NCBI GenBank assembly: GCA_020062205.1
Contig: JAGUWT010000248.1
Coordinates: 1 to 44,534 of the forward strand
DNA length: 44,534 nucleotides
Origin: Thermodesulfovibrionales bacterium
Lineage (GTDB): Bacteria > Nitrospirota > Thermodesulfovibrionia > Thermodesulfovibrionales > SM23-35
Reading direction: 5' to 3'
Position 1 is the first letter of the stretch. Each line of letters starts with the position of its first letter. The position numbers and the translations under genes were made by a program. Shown here one piece after another: positions 36,050 to 44,395 of this stretch. The notes below the pieces were generated by a model that searched no databases, was not told the origin of the DNA, and saw only the letters and a list, made by a program, of their open reading frames with translations.

Positions 36050-37081
36050 TTATAAACTCTTTACTAAGAGCTTTTCTACAACTGCTGCAATCCTTTCCGC
36101 TCCTTTGCCGTCTACAATCATCCTTCCTTTTTGGGACATGTTACCCCACAGCCTGGAGTCTTTTAAGAGCATCTCCAGTGCCTGCCTAATAGCAGCATCC
36201 GACACATCCTCGTAATAGCCCAGCGGCAAAGAAATACCGAGTTTCCTAAATGCCTCCGTATCCATTTCGTCGGTCCTATAATTTGCAATAATAATTGAAG
36301 GCACCCCTAAACAGGCAAGCTCGTAGATGGTTGTGCCGAGGGCTGTTATGGCAATGTGAGATTCAGCCATTAATGCAGACAGGTCATCTTTGTCCCTGAT
36401 AAATTCTACATTATTGTAATATTGCTCTTCTATCTTATTTAAAACGGGATCAGGTAAAAAGGCAGGGCCTATAACAACTTTAATGTTTATAGACTCATGT
36501 GACTTCAGTAAAGATGAAACAACCCTACAGGTAAGATGATTCGGGTCACTCCCACCCATTGAAACCAACACCTGATAAGGAGGATGTATCCTTTGATATT
36601 TGGTTCTCTCTCTCGTCTTGATAAATGATTCTGCTATTGGGACATAATCTGCACCGGCAAAGACTTTACCGTTGAATCCTTTCCAGTCTAAATTATTGTC
36701 AAAAATGGCTGTGGGATATATTACAGCATCTGCTACCAGTCTGGCGTCTGTGACATTGTCCATTAAAATTAACTTACAACCTTTCGCTTTTAGGGATCTT
36801 ATTAGCTCGGCAACCGGTTTTTTCGTATCTATCAAAATAAGACTACTATTTTTGAGAGCAGTATTCACCACCTTGTTTTCAGAATCAGAAAAGGAAGAGA
36901 CCTTATAATAAAAACCTTCTTGCTTTATCCAGTTAATCGCTGTTGGGTCATCATTAATAAAAAAAAGAATATCTATCCCTTTTTTTTGTAACTCCTGTGC
37001 AATAACAAGACACCGACGAATATGTCCGAGACCAATTCTTTTACCACCTGCCGCCCAGATGACTATGGTTTTATTCCTCAT
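36050..37081 (-). CDS. PseG/SpsG-like UDP-sugar hydrolase (GT28-like fold) of nonulosonic acid pathways
   Basis: 343 aa. IVIWAAGGKRIGLGHIRRCLVIAQELQKKG, VLVSMGGSDPNHL and IAITALGTTIYELACLGVPSIII parallel the PseG pattern. Confidence 0.7.
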   Translation of the reverse strand: MRNKTIVIWAAGGKRIGLGHIRRCLVIAQELQKKGIDILFFINDDPTAINWIKQEGFYYKVSSFSDSENKVVNTALKNSSLILIDTKKPVAELIRSLKAKGCKLILMDNVTDARLVADAVIYPTAIFDNNLDWKGFNGKVFAGADYVPIAESFIKTRERTKYQRIHPPYQVLVSMGGSDPNHLTCRVVSSLLKSHESINIKVVIGPAFLPDPVLNKIEEQYYNNVEFIRDKDDLSALMAESHIAITALGTTIYELACLGVPSIIIANYRTDEMDTEAFRKLGISLPLGYYEDVSDAAIRQALEMLLKDSRLWGNMSQKGRMIVDGKGAERIAAVVEKLLVKSL

Positions 37082-37114
37082 AACTCATCACATATCACTT
37101 ATTACCAAATATTT

Positions 37115-38056
37115 TTAAGGTATTGACCAATATGAGGGATTAAGAAGGATTTCATCATGCATTGCAAAATTCATAGCCATACTTAATTTCTCATCATTGA
37201 GTGGCCCTTCCAATGCAGCATGGATTGCGGTGTCAAGTTCATGCTTATTACTCACACCCAAAAGAACGGTATGAATAAACTCAGAGGAAAGGCAAAAACG
37301 AAGCGCCAAAAGAGGAAGGGAATCCCATGAAATATCATACGTATTGATTATTTTCTCCGACATTTGGCGAAGTTCCATAAGTTCGTTAGGGAGCCAACGA
37401 GCCCTTTCTGTTAAAACACCTTTCAGCAATGCTGAACGGTTGATAATTCCAATATTAGATAACTGTCCCAGAGGAAAAACATTCCGTGCCATACGCTGGT
37501 CAAGCAAATTGTATGCTACTTGAATCACATCAAAACAGCCGAGTTTTATTGCAGTCATGGCAGACTCTTCACCATAAACAGAAACCCCAAGGAATCGGAC
37601 CTTTCCGCATTGTCTGGCATTGAGCAGCGCTTCTGTTATATCACCCTGATTCATGACTTCAGTTGTTGCATTATGAATCTGGACAATATCAAGAACATCT
37701 CTGCGCAAAGCTTGTAAACTGTTTTCCATAGATGAGTAAATTAATTTTTTTAGATCGGTAGCTTGTGTGTGTTTATCGGCGGAAAAAGGGATTGAAACTT
37801 TTGTTGCGATATAACAGTCTGAACGCGAACTAATCGCAAGCCCGATGAGTTCTTCACTATTGCCGTAACCGGGTGCGGTGTCAAACAAGTTAATACCACT
37901 ATCCGCAGCATATTGAAGGAGATGAATTGCTTCATTTTTTGCTGGCCGCGTTGATCCTTCAGGCTTTTGAATTCCATAGTCAATACCCAGCTCTACTGTG
38001 CCAAGTGATATGCAGGAAACTTTCAGCCCGGTCCTGCCCAACAGGCGGTAATCCAT
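37115..38056 (-). CDS. Aldo/keto reductase
   Basis: 313 aa. MDYRLLGRTGLKVSCISLGT, NLFDTAPGYG and DIVQIHN. Confidence 0.85.
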   Translation of the reverse strand: MDYRLLGRTGLKVSCISLGTVELGIDYGIQKPEGSTRPAKNEAIHLLQYAADSGINLFDTAPGYGNSEELIGLAISSRSDCYIATKVSIPFSADKHTQATDLKKLIYSSMENSLQALRRDVLDIVQIHNATTEVMNQGDITEALLNARQCGKVRFLGVSVYGEESAMTAIKLGCFDVIQVAYNLLDQRMARNVFPLGQLSNIGIINRSALLKGVLTERARWLPNELMELRQMSEKIINTYDISWDSLPLLALRFCLSSEFIHTVLLGVSNKHELDTAIHAALEGPLNDEKLSMAMNFAMHDEILLNPSYWSIP

Positions 38057-38057
38057 A

Positions 38058-39347
38058 CTATTTCCTTGCCCTGTAGACTGTTCCGATATTTTTCCCTTCC
38101 ATATATCTTTCTATATTTCCATCGACAAGAGCCTTTTTCAAGATCTTCAAAGCCTCATAAGAAGCATCCAGTGTTTTGTTGATATCCTCATCAGTGTGTG
38201 AAAAAGAGGGGTATATTGGCCCACCGAATAGTATGCCTCTCTTGACAGTTTCCTGAAGAAAAAGGCTTTTCATATCAAGAGATTCATTATCATTAAAATC
38301 TTTGAAGACAAGCCCTGAACGGGGAGGGTTGCCCGGGACCTCCATCTTCACTTCTGTTTCTTCAGCAATTTTTTGCAGACCTTTTCTGAGTTTTTCCCCC
38401 TGTCTCCAGATATATTCAATGACTCTTTTTTCTTTTATCTCCTTTATCGTTGCAACGGCTGCGGCCATAGATGTAGTTTCTCCAGCAAATGTCATTGAAA
38501 AGAAGATATCATTCAACTCCTTCATGAATTCTTTCTTACCAACAACAGCAGAGATGGAAAGGCCGTTTGCCATTCCTTTTCCAAAACACGCGAGATCCGG
38601 AATGATTCCATAATATTCCTGCGCACCACCGAGTGCATAGCGGAAGCCGGTACAAATTTCGTCAAGAATGAAAAGAGATCCATGTTTGTGTGCAATATCG
38701 ATAATACGCTGAAGAAAATTATCAACAGGTTCTATGCCGGGCTGTTCAATAATAACAGTTGCAATCTGGTCAGGGTATTCAGCGAAAATATTTTCCAGGG
38801 TCTCGGGTCTATTATATTCAAATGCATGTATCAGTTTTGCATTGCATTCGGGAATTCCTTTGTTGAGAGAAGTCGTAACAGCATACCAGTCATGACAGCC
38901 GTGGTAACCGCAGAACGCAATGTGTTCTCTTCCTGTATAAGCCCTGGCAATTCTCACAGCAGCCATAGTCGCATCAGCCCCATTTTTTCCGAATCTCACC
39001 ATCTCAGCACAGGGAATAATCTCAACAAGGAGTTCAGCAAGCTCTACTTCGAGGGGGTTCATCAGTGTAAAGGTAGTACCTTTTCTGATTTGCCTATATA
39101 CTGTCTCTACTATCGATGGATAATTGTAGCCAAGTATGATCGGACCGAGTGCCATGGGATAGTCAATATATTCATTGCCATCCACATCCCAAACATGACA
39201 ACCGAGTCCTCGTTCAAGATACTTGGGCGCGACACCATCTACAAACTGGTCTGGCCCTTTGCTCAATGTCTGGGTGCCGCGCGGGATAATCTCTTTTGCC
39301 CTTTTCCATAACTGCTCGGAATTATTCAAATTACGCCTTGATACCAT
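38058..39347 (-). CDS. Class-III PLP aminotransferase (glutamate-1-semialdehyde 2,1-aminomutase-like)
   Basis: 429 aa. RFGKNGADATMAAVRIARAYTGR, LILDEICTGFR and CFGKGMANG (PLP-Lys context). Confidence 0.85.
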   Translation of the reverse strand: MVSRRNLNNSEQLWKRAKEIIPRGTQTLSKGPDQFVDGVAPKYLERGLGCHVWDVDGNEYIDYPMALGPIILGYNYPSIVETVYRQIRKGTTFTLMNPLEVELAELLVEIIPCAEMVRFGKNGADATMAAVRIARAYTGREHIAFCGYHGCHDWYAVTTSLNKGIPECNAKLIHAFEYNRPETLENIFAEYPDQIATVIIEQPGIEPVDNFLQRIIDIAHKHGSLFILDEICTGFRYALGGAQEYYGIIPDLACFGKGMANGLSISAVVGKKEFMKELNDIFFSMTFAGETTSMAAAVATIKEIKEKRVIEYIWRQGEKLRKGLQKIAEETEVKMEVPGNPPRSGLVFKDFNDNESLDMKSLFLQETVKRGILFGGPIYPSFSHTDEDINKTLDASYEALKILKKALVDGNIERYMEGKNIGTVYRARK

Positions 39348-39380
39348 TCAGTCACCTCGTCAGTATTGTTTATGTCACAT

Positions 39381-40169
39381 TCATGTCTTCTTCTCACTCA
39401 CAAATCTTTCATCATCTTTAAGGGATTTCAGATAACCTTCGTTTCTGATAATGCCGACATTTATTTCCATCAGGCTTGGTTCCCTATCGAGAAGGTCAAG
39501 GATATCCTGTGTTAAGAAGATCTGCCCCGGTTTATGCAGACGATTGTATATTGCCTGGAGAAATAAAAGATCTGCTTCCTCATCCAATGTCCAGCGATGA
39601 TGGGAAAGGCCTTTAAATTTATCATAGCTGCCACTTTTATATTTTTCAGGGTGATTCTTCATGTGCGTAGCTCCGACATGCTCTCTATCAGAGGGCAGAG
39701 ACGTGTTCTTCCAAAGGTCTTCAAGAACCCAGAATGCAAACAATCCACAGTCAAGACCATCGGGGAATTCACCACCGAGGCCATAAATATCATAGCTTCC
39801 GGCAAAAAACCTTTCTATTACCTCATCGACGATGGTTGGGTCTATAACCGGACAATCAGCTGTTATTCTGACAATTGGATCTGCTCTGTATACTTTTGCT
39901 GTCTGGTAATAACGGTCAAGAACATCAGTTTCACTGCCTCGAAACCATTTGAAATCATTTTCCCGGCAGAATTTCTCGACAATATTATCTTCCGGGCTGA
40001 TCGTAGTTGCTATGACAATGTCATCCAATAGCTTTGAGTATTTTAGCCTGTCGATAACATGCCATAAGGCTGGTTTTCCAGCGAGAGGTTTAAGAATTTT
40101 TCCGGGCAGTCGGGTTGACCCTATGCGTGCCTGAACAATAGCGATTGTACCAGTTGTCACTTTTTCCAT
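39381..40169 (-). CDS. SpsF/PseF-type cytidylyltransferase (CMP-ulosonic acid synthetase family)
   Basis: 262 aa. AIVQARIGSTRLPGKILKPLAGKPAL and RITADCP. Confidence 0.8.
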   Translation of the reverse strand: MEKVTTGTIAIVQARIGSTRLPGKILKPLAGKPALWHVIDRLKYSKLLDDIVIATTISPEDNIVEKFCRENDFKWFRGSETDVLDRYYQTAKVYRADPIVRITADCPVIDPTIVDEVIERFFAGSYDIYGLGGEFPDGLDCGLFAFWVLEDLWKNTSLPSDREHVGATHMKNHPEKYKSGSYDKFKGLSHHRWTLDEEADLLFLQAIYNRLHKPGQIFLTQDILDLLDREPSLMEINVGIIRNEGYLKSLKDDERFVSEKKT

Positions 40170-41071
40170 GATTCGCGGGTTTTTAGAAGAGGGCGGAGCC
40201 CATCGTCTGGATCAGCACGCCAGTCGCGGTCTTTCAGTTCACTTGGCACTGGCACTTTTTCGCCGGTTCCGTCTGAGTTGAATCCTGCCGTAATATGGTC
40301 AATGACAGACTTGATCTTGTCAGGAAGCCAACAGTGCCCTACATGGTATTCATCTCCCTTTCCTTCAAGGTCGAGATGGAACTCTATCATCTCGGCACCC
40401 CAGCGATGAACAGCCCGATAGAGAACTCCTGGATTGACGCTGTGGTCGGACCATCCAAAGTGCATGTTCATTTTGGACTGCAAATGGCTGAATGACTTCC
40501 TTAGTGTCTCAATTGCCGAAAGATTGCAATCAGAAACAGGTGTGGGATAACCGGAGACACAATGAAGGAGGGTTAATTCTTTACACCCAGCATTTAATAA
40601 AGTATCAACTGCATGTTTCACTTCATCCATAGTTGCCATGCCAGTTGAAAGAACTACTGGTTTGCCGGTCTTTGCGCATACTGACAGCAGATTATCCCAT
40701 AGCAGTTCATATGATGCGATTTTATAGAAATCGATATAAGGCAATAGTTCTTCAACAGCTCTCAGATAAAACGGAGTACAGGAAAATTGAATCTTTCTTT
40801 CAGCACAACGGGAAGCTATCTCCGGCAGAAATGATGCAGGCAACTCCCATTGTTTCCTTTTCATAAGTTCCGGGCTTTTTAAAAGAATCTCCGAAGCAAA
40901 GAGTTCTTCGATTTTAAAAAGCTGAAATTTCACAGCACCACAACCAATCTCTGCTGCGAAATCAATGAAAGAGAAACAACGGTCGATGTTCCGGTTGTGG
41001 TTGCTTGAAACCTCGGCGACAAAATAACAGCTCACTGTTTTATTCTCCTTATTTTTTGTGAGTGATTTCAA
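40157..41071 (-). CDS. NeuB/PseI/SpsE-family ulosonic acid synthase, short form without a C-terminal SAF domain
   Basis: 304 aa. YFVAEVSSNHNRNIDRCFSFIDFAAEIGCGAVKFQLF and KIASYEL. Confidence 0.8.
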   Translation of the reverse strand: MKSLTKNKENKTVSCYFVAEVSSNHNRNIDRCFSFIDFAAEIGCGAVKFQLFKIEELFASEILLKSPELMKRKQWELPASFLPEIASRCAERKIQFSCTPFYLRAVEELLPYIDFYKIASYELLWDNLLSVCAKTGKPVVLSTGMATMDEVKHAVDTLLNAGCKELTLLHCVSGYPTPVSDCNLSAIETLRKSFSHLQSKMNMHFGWSDHSVNPGVLYRAVHRWGAEMIEFHLDLEGKGDEYHVGHCWLPDKIKSVIDHITAGFNSDGTGEKVPVPSELKDRDWRADPDDGLRPLLKTRESWKK

Positions 41072-41295
41072 ATGACTTTAAATGTCGCCTCCAAAGCCTG
41101 AATGACACTCCTAATTTCAGATGTCTTCATTATAGGATACATAGGTATACTTATCTCCCTTTGATAAAAATCCTCTCCCACAGAACATACACCTTTCTTG
41201 TATCCCATATCCTGATAATAAGGCTGAAAATAGACAGGAATATAATGGCACTGAACACCGAGACCCTTTTCTCTTAACTGAGAATTTTTTCTCAT
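41068..41295 (-). pseudogene. 3' remnant (~70 codons) of a second, diverged pseC-like aminotransferase allele
   Basis: LREKGLGVQCHYIPVYFQPYYQDMGYKKGVCSVGEDFYQREISIPMYP aligns with the C-terminus of the 42197-43408 product (LREKGFGVQVHYIPVYWQPYYKELGYKKGLCHVAEDFYQREISIPVYP). Its stop overlaps the ATG of the NeuB-like gene. Confidence 0.75.
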
Positions 41296-41351
41296 ATTAT
41301 TATTCCCCTTTTTTACAAAAGCATATGGTATTTGCCAAAACCGAAAAAGTC

Positions 41352-41723
41352 TTATCTACCCTTTATAGGTAGTTCACGGACACGATGTCTTGTCTCTTCA
41401 ACGATAACAATAGATCCCTGTTTAAGCAAATTACTGGATTCCCCTATCACATATTCGAGGCGTTTTAAGACATAAGGTGGGTGGGTATTTCGAAGTCGGA
41501 AGACAATAACATTTACTAACTTTTCTCCAGAAAGGGCAACAATTTCTCCAAAATCTAAATCAAAGGTCAAGATAATTCGACTTTCAGAGACAGCCTTTTA
41601 AAAGATTTCTTCGTCCGAAAGGCGGTGCAATCCTTCTTCGCGAAGATGCATTACATCGTGCCCCTTTGTTCTAAGCCATTCAACAATTCTTGTGGCCACG
41701 CCCATATCTGCAAGAAATCTCAT
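41352..41723 (-). pseudogene. DUF5615 (PIN-like putative toxin) gene interrupted by an in-frame TAA
   Basis: Hand translation gives MRFLADMGVATRIVEWLRTKGHDVMHLREEGLHRLSDEEIF*KAVSESRIILTFDLDFGEIVAL..VIVFRLRN.. The TAA is at ~41598-41600. The track lists only the distal part (41352-41570, TTG start). Confidence 0.6.
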
Positions 41724-41732
41724 TTTGATTCG

Positions 41733-41949
41733 TTATACTGAATGGACTTCCTCTTGTACCAACCAAGCTGCATACTCCAATGCCTCCTTGATATCGTCAG
41801 GCTCAAGGTCGGGGTTAGTCGACAAGAATTTCCTCAACTGTGGCTCCATGAGCGATTTGTCCGACAATCACCGAGACAGGAATTCTCATACCCCTGATAC
41901 ATGCCCATCCACCCATAATCTGAGAATCAAATGTTATTCTACCAAACAT
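41733..41949 (-). pseudogene. DUF433 (putative antitoxin partner of DUF5615) gene with a frameshift
   Basis: Hand translation gives MFGRITFDSQIMGGWACIRGMRIPVSVIVGQIAHGATVEEILVD*. The expected continuation (PDLEPDDIKEALEYAAWLVQEEVHSV*) reads on in the +1 frame. No minus-strand ORF of 60 aa or more appears here in the track. Confidence 0.55.
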
Positions 41950-42196
41950 GTTTTTTTACTCCCTCTTATAAGCTCAGAAACTATTTCATTTTTCTTCAAA
42001 AACTTAATATATAGCAAGATACCTTGATATATGTCTGAATGCTATATCTATGCTTCCTTATATTATAATAAAATCTTCATAAATCATTATCAATCGTACA
42101 CACCTGGAAAATAGGTTCAATCAACTTGTCTCTTCAGCCTAAAACAAGCCATTCCCATAGTGGTATTATCTTACATTCGGTATCCATTACAGTTTC

Positions 42197-43408
42197 CTAA
42201 GGTGCAAGTTCAGTAAATACCTGGTTTACTTTTTCTATCACATATCTCACTTCTTCATTTTTCATGGATGGATAAACAGGGATACTTATTTCTCTTTGAT
42301 AAAAATCTTCTGCTACATGACATAAACCCTTTTTGTATCCCAGTTCTTTATAATAAGGCTGCCAGTAAACAGGTATATAATGAACTTGAACGCCGAATCC
42401 CTTTTCTCTCAATTTTGAAAATATCTCTTGCTTATTATCCTTGTAATTATCTTTTAATCGTATCGGATAGAGATGGTACGAGGAACAAGCGTAGTCTTTT
42501 TCAACGGGAATATCGAAATAAGGATTTCCCTTGAAAGCTCGATTATAAAAATCGGCTATTGCTCTTCTCTTTTCTACGAATGAATCAAGTTTTTTGAGCT
42601 GTGATATACCGAGAGCAGCCTGGATATCTGTCATTCGGTAATTATAACCTAAATATTGCATTTCGTAGTGCCAATCGCCTATTAACCGTGAATCGTGAAT
42701 CGTGAATCGTGATCTGTCTTTAGTGATGCCGTGATTTCTGAACATCAGGAGCTTTTCATAATAATCTTTATTATTCGTGAGGACTGCACCGCCTTCACCG
42801 GTTGTAATATGTTTAACCGGATGGAAGCTTAATACAGTCATATCCGAGTGCTGACAGCTTCCTATTTTTATCCACTTTTTAGTTTCTGGCTGATGGCTGA
42901 TAGCTGAAGGCTGATAGCTGTATCTCGCTCCCAGTGCATGACAGGCATCTTCAACAACAAAAAGTTTATTTTTTTTAGCAATCTCAGAGATTTTTTCTAA
43001 ATCAACCGTGTGTCCTGTGTAGTGAACAGGAACAAGTAGTTTTGTCTTCTTTGTAATCTTTTCCTCGATCTTACGTGCATCTATATTCCCCGTATCTTTT
43101 TCCACATCGGTAAAAACCGGTTTTGTTCCTAAATATAAGCCTGCATTGGCAGTCGCAACGAAAGTAATTGGACTTGTAATAAATTCATCGCCTTTTTGCA
43201 ATCCTAAGGATAAATATGCTCCATGAAGGGCAGAGGTACCTGAACTAAAAACAACGGAATATTTGGAACCACAATATTCGGCTAATTTTTCTTCAAATTC
43301 TAATATCTTGGGACCTTGGGTAAGCCAATCTGATTTTAATACCTTAACAACCTCTTCTATGTCCGAATCATCTATCCATTGATGTCCGTAAGGGATAAAT
43401 TCTGGCAT
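42197..43408 (-). CDS. pseC: UDP-4-amino-4,6-dideoxy-N-acetyl-beta-L-altrosamine transaminase-like (PseC, DegT family), carrying internal heptamer-repeat-encoded segments
   Basis: 403 aa. IPYGHQWIDDSD, VVEDACHALGA, SFHPVKHITTGEGG and GYNYRMTDIQAALGISQLKKLD. Lies directly downstream of pseB. Confidence 0.8.
   Translation of the reverse strand: MPEFIPYGHQWIDDSDIEEVVKVLKSDWLTQGPKILEFEEKLAEYCGSKYSVVFSSGTSALHGAYLSLGLQKGDEFITSPITFVATANAGLYLGTKPVFTDVEKDTGNIDARKIEEKITKKTKLLVPVHYTGHTVDLEKISEIAKKNKLFVVEDACHALGARYSYQPSAISHQPETKKWIKIGSCQHSDMTVLSFHPVKHITTGEGGAVLTNNKDYYEKLLMFRNHGITKDRSRFTIHDSRLIGDWHYEMQYLGYNYRMTDIQAALGISQLKKLDSFVEKRRAIADFYNRAFKGNPYFDIPVEKDYACSSYHLYPIRLKDNYKDNKQEIFSKLREKGFGVQVHYIPVYWQPYYKELGYKKGLCHVAEDFYQREISIPVYPSMKNEEVRYVIEKVNQVFTELAP
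42687..42712. repeat. Perfect heptanucleotide tandem repeat inside the pseC coding sequence
   Basis: Plus strand cgtgaat cgtgaat cgtgaat cgtga (3.7 units). On the coding strand it encodes ..RSRFTIHDSR.. Confidence 0.8.
42888..42922. repeat. Heptamer-periodic array inside the pseC coding sequence
   Basis: Plus strand ggctgat ggctgat agctgaa ggctgat agctgta. It encodes YSYQPSAISHQPE, which looks like an insertion relative to other DegT/PseC proteins. Confidence 0.75.
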
Positions 43409-43411
43409 TTC

Positions 43412-44395
43412 CTACTCAATTCTTATATCTTTAATCATTTCTTTCAGTTCATCAACTGGTAACCATTTGTTGTTATTATCGCTTGTATATTCGTATTCAT
43501 CTGGTAGTGGGTTTCCATTATACCGAGCTTCAAAATTCCAGTATGGAAAATTGGGCTGGATAACAAAAAAATCGCCTGCATCAATAGTCCTTCTTGCTTC
43601 ATCTTTTGATATTAATACTTCGTGCACCTTCTCACCTGGTCTTATGCCGATAACTTCTATTCTACATTCAGGACAAATAACTTTTGCGAGATCTACAATC
43701 TTCATACTGGGAATTTTGGGAACGAAAATTTCGCCTCCGTGCATCATTTCGATACATTTAATCACAAACTCTACTCCTTGCTCTAATGTAATCCAGAAGC
43801 GAGTCATTCTGGGGTCAGTAATAGGCAAACCACCATTTTGTTTGTATTTTAAAAAAAATGGTATCACACTTCCTCTGCTTCCCACAACATTACCGTACCT
43901 GACAACACTAAATTTGGTTTTCCCACCGGCATAAGAATTACCTGTTACAAACAGCTTTTCAGCACAGAGTTTGGTGGCACCATATAGATTAATTGGATTT
44001 ACCGCTTTATCAGTACTAACAAAAATGACCTTTTTAACATCACTATCGATAGCAGCATCTATAATATTCTGTGCCCCGATGATATTAGTTTCAACTGCCT
44101 CGAAAGGATTATACTCCAAAGCAGGGACTTGCTTAAGGGCTGCCGTATGGATTACGTAATCGACACCATAAAATCCCCTGTAAAGCCTATCTTTACTTCT
44201 TATATCGCCAATGAAGTACCGTATACATGGGTAATCCTTTTCGTTAAAAATCTGCTGCATTTCATACTGCTTTAACTCATCACGGCTAAAAATAATAAGC
44301 TTTTTGGGCTTATAGCTTTTTAGGATAATTTCTGTACACTTTTTACCAAATGAGCCTGTCCCACCTGTGATTAAAATTACTTTATCATTAAGCAT
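43412..44395 (-). CDS. pseB: UDP-N-acetylglucosamine 4,6-dehydratase (inverting), PseB/FlaA1-like
   Basis: 327 aa. VILITGGTGSFGKK, YGATKLCAEKL and MTRFWITLEQGVEFV. Confidence 0.85.
   Translation of the reverse strand: MLNDKVILITGGTGSFGKKCTEIILKSYKPKKLIIFSRDELKQYEMQQIFNEKDYPCIRYFIGDIRSKDRLYRGFYGVDYVIHTAALKQVPALEYNPFEAVETNIIGAQNIIDAAIDSDVKKVIFVSTDKAVNPINLYGATKLCAEKLFVTGNSYAGGKTKFSVVRYGNVVGSRGSVIPFFLKYKQNGGLPITDPRMTRFWITLEQGVEFVIKCIEMMHGGEIFVPKIPSMKIVDLAKVICPECRIEVIGIRPGEKVHEVLISKDEARRTIDAGDFFVIQPNFPYWNFEARYNGNPLPDEYEYTSDNNNKWLPVDELKEMIKDIRIE

Noticed and set aside
38682-39311. 209-aa plus-strand ORF. The same applies to other plus-strand track ORFs, e.g. 43467-43934, 39597-40031, 34400-34792, 31300-31677, 27153-27536, 23566-23928, 16491-16844, 8028-8360 and 1168-1494.
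   Set aside because: All lie antisense within longer minus-strand genes that have clear family motifs. Their translations are low-complexity or Ser/Cys/Phe/Ile-rich with no recognisable domains. I treat them as shadow ORFs.
41598-41600. The in-frame TAA in the DUF5615 gene considered as stop-codon reassignment or programmed read-through.
   Set aside because: TAA terminates many well-supported genes in this window, and the partner DUF433 gene is also broken. Pseudogenisation or a sequencing error is simpler.
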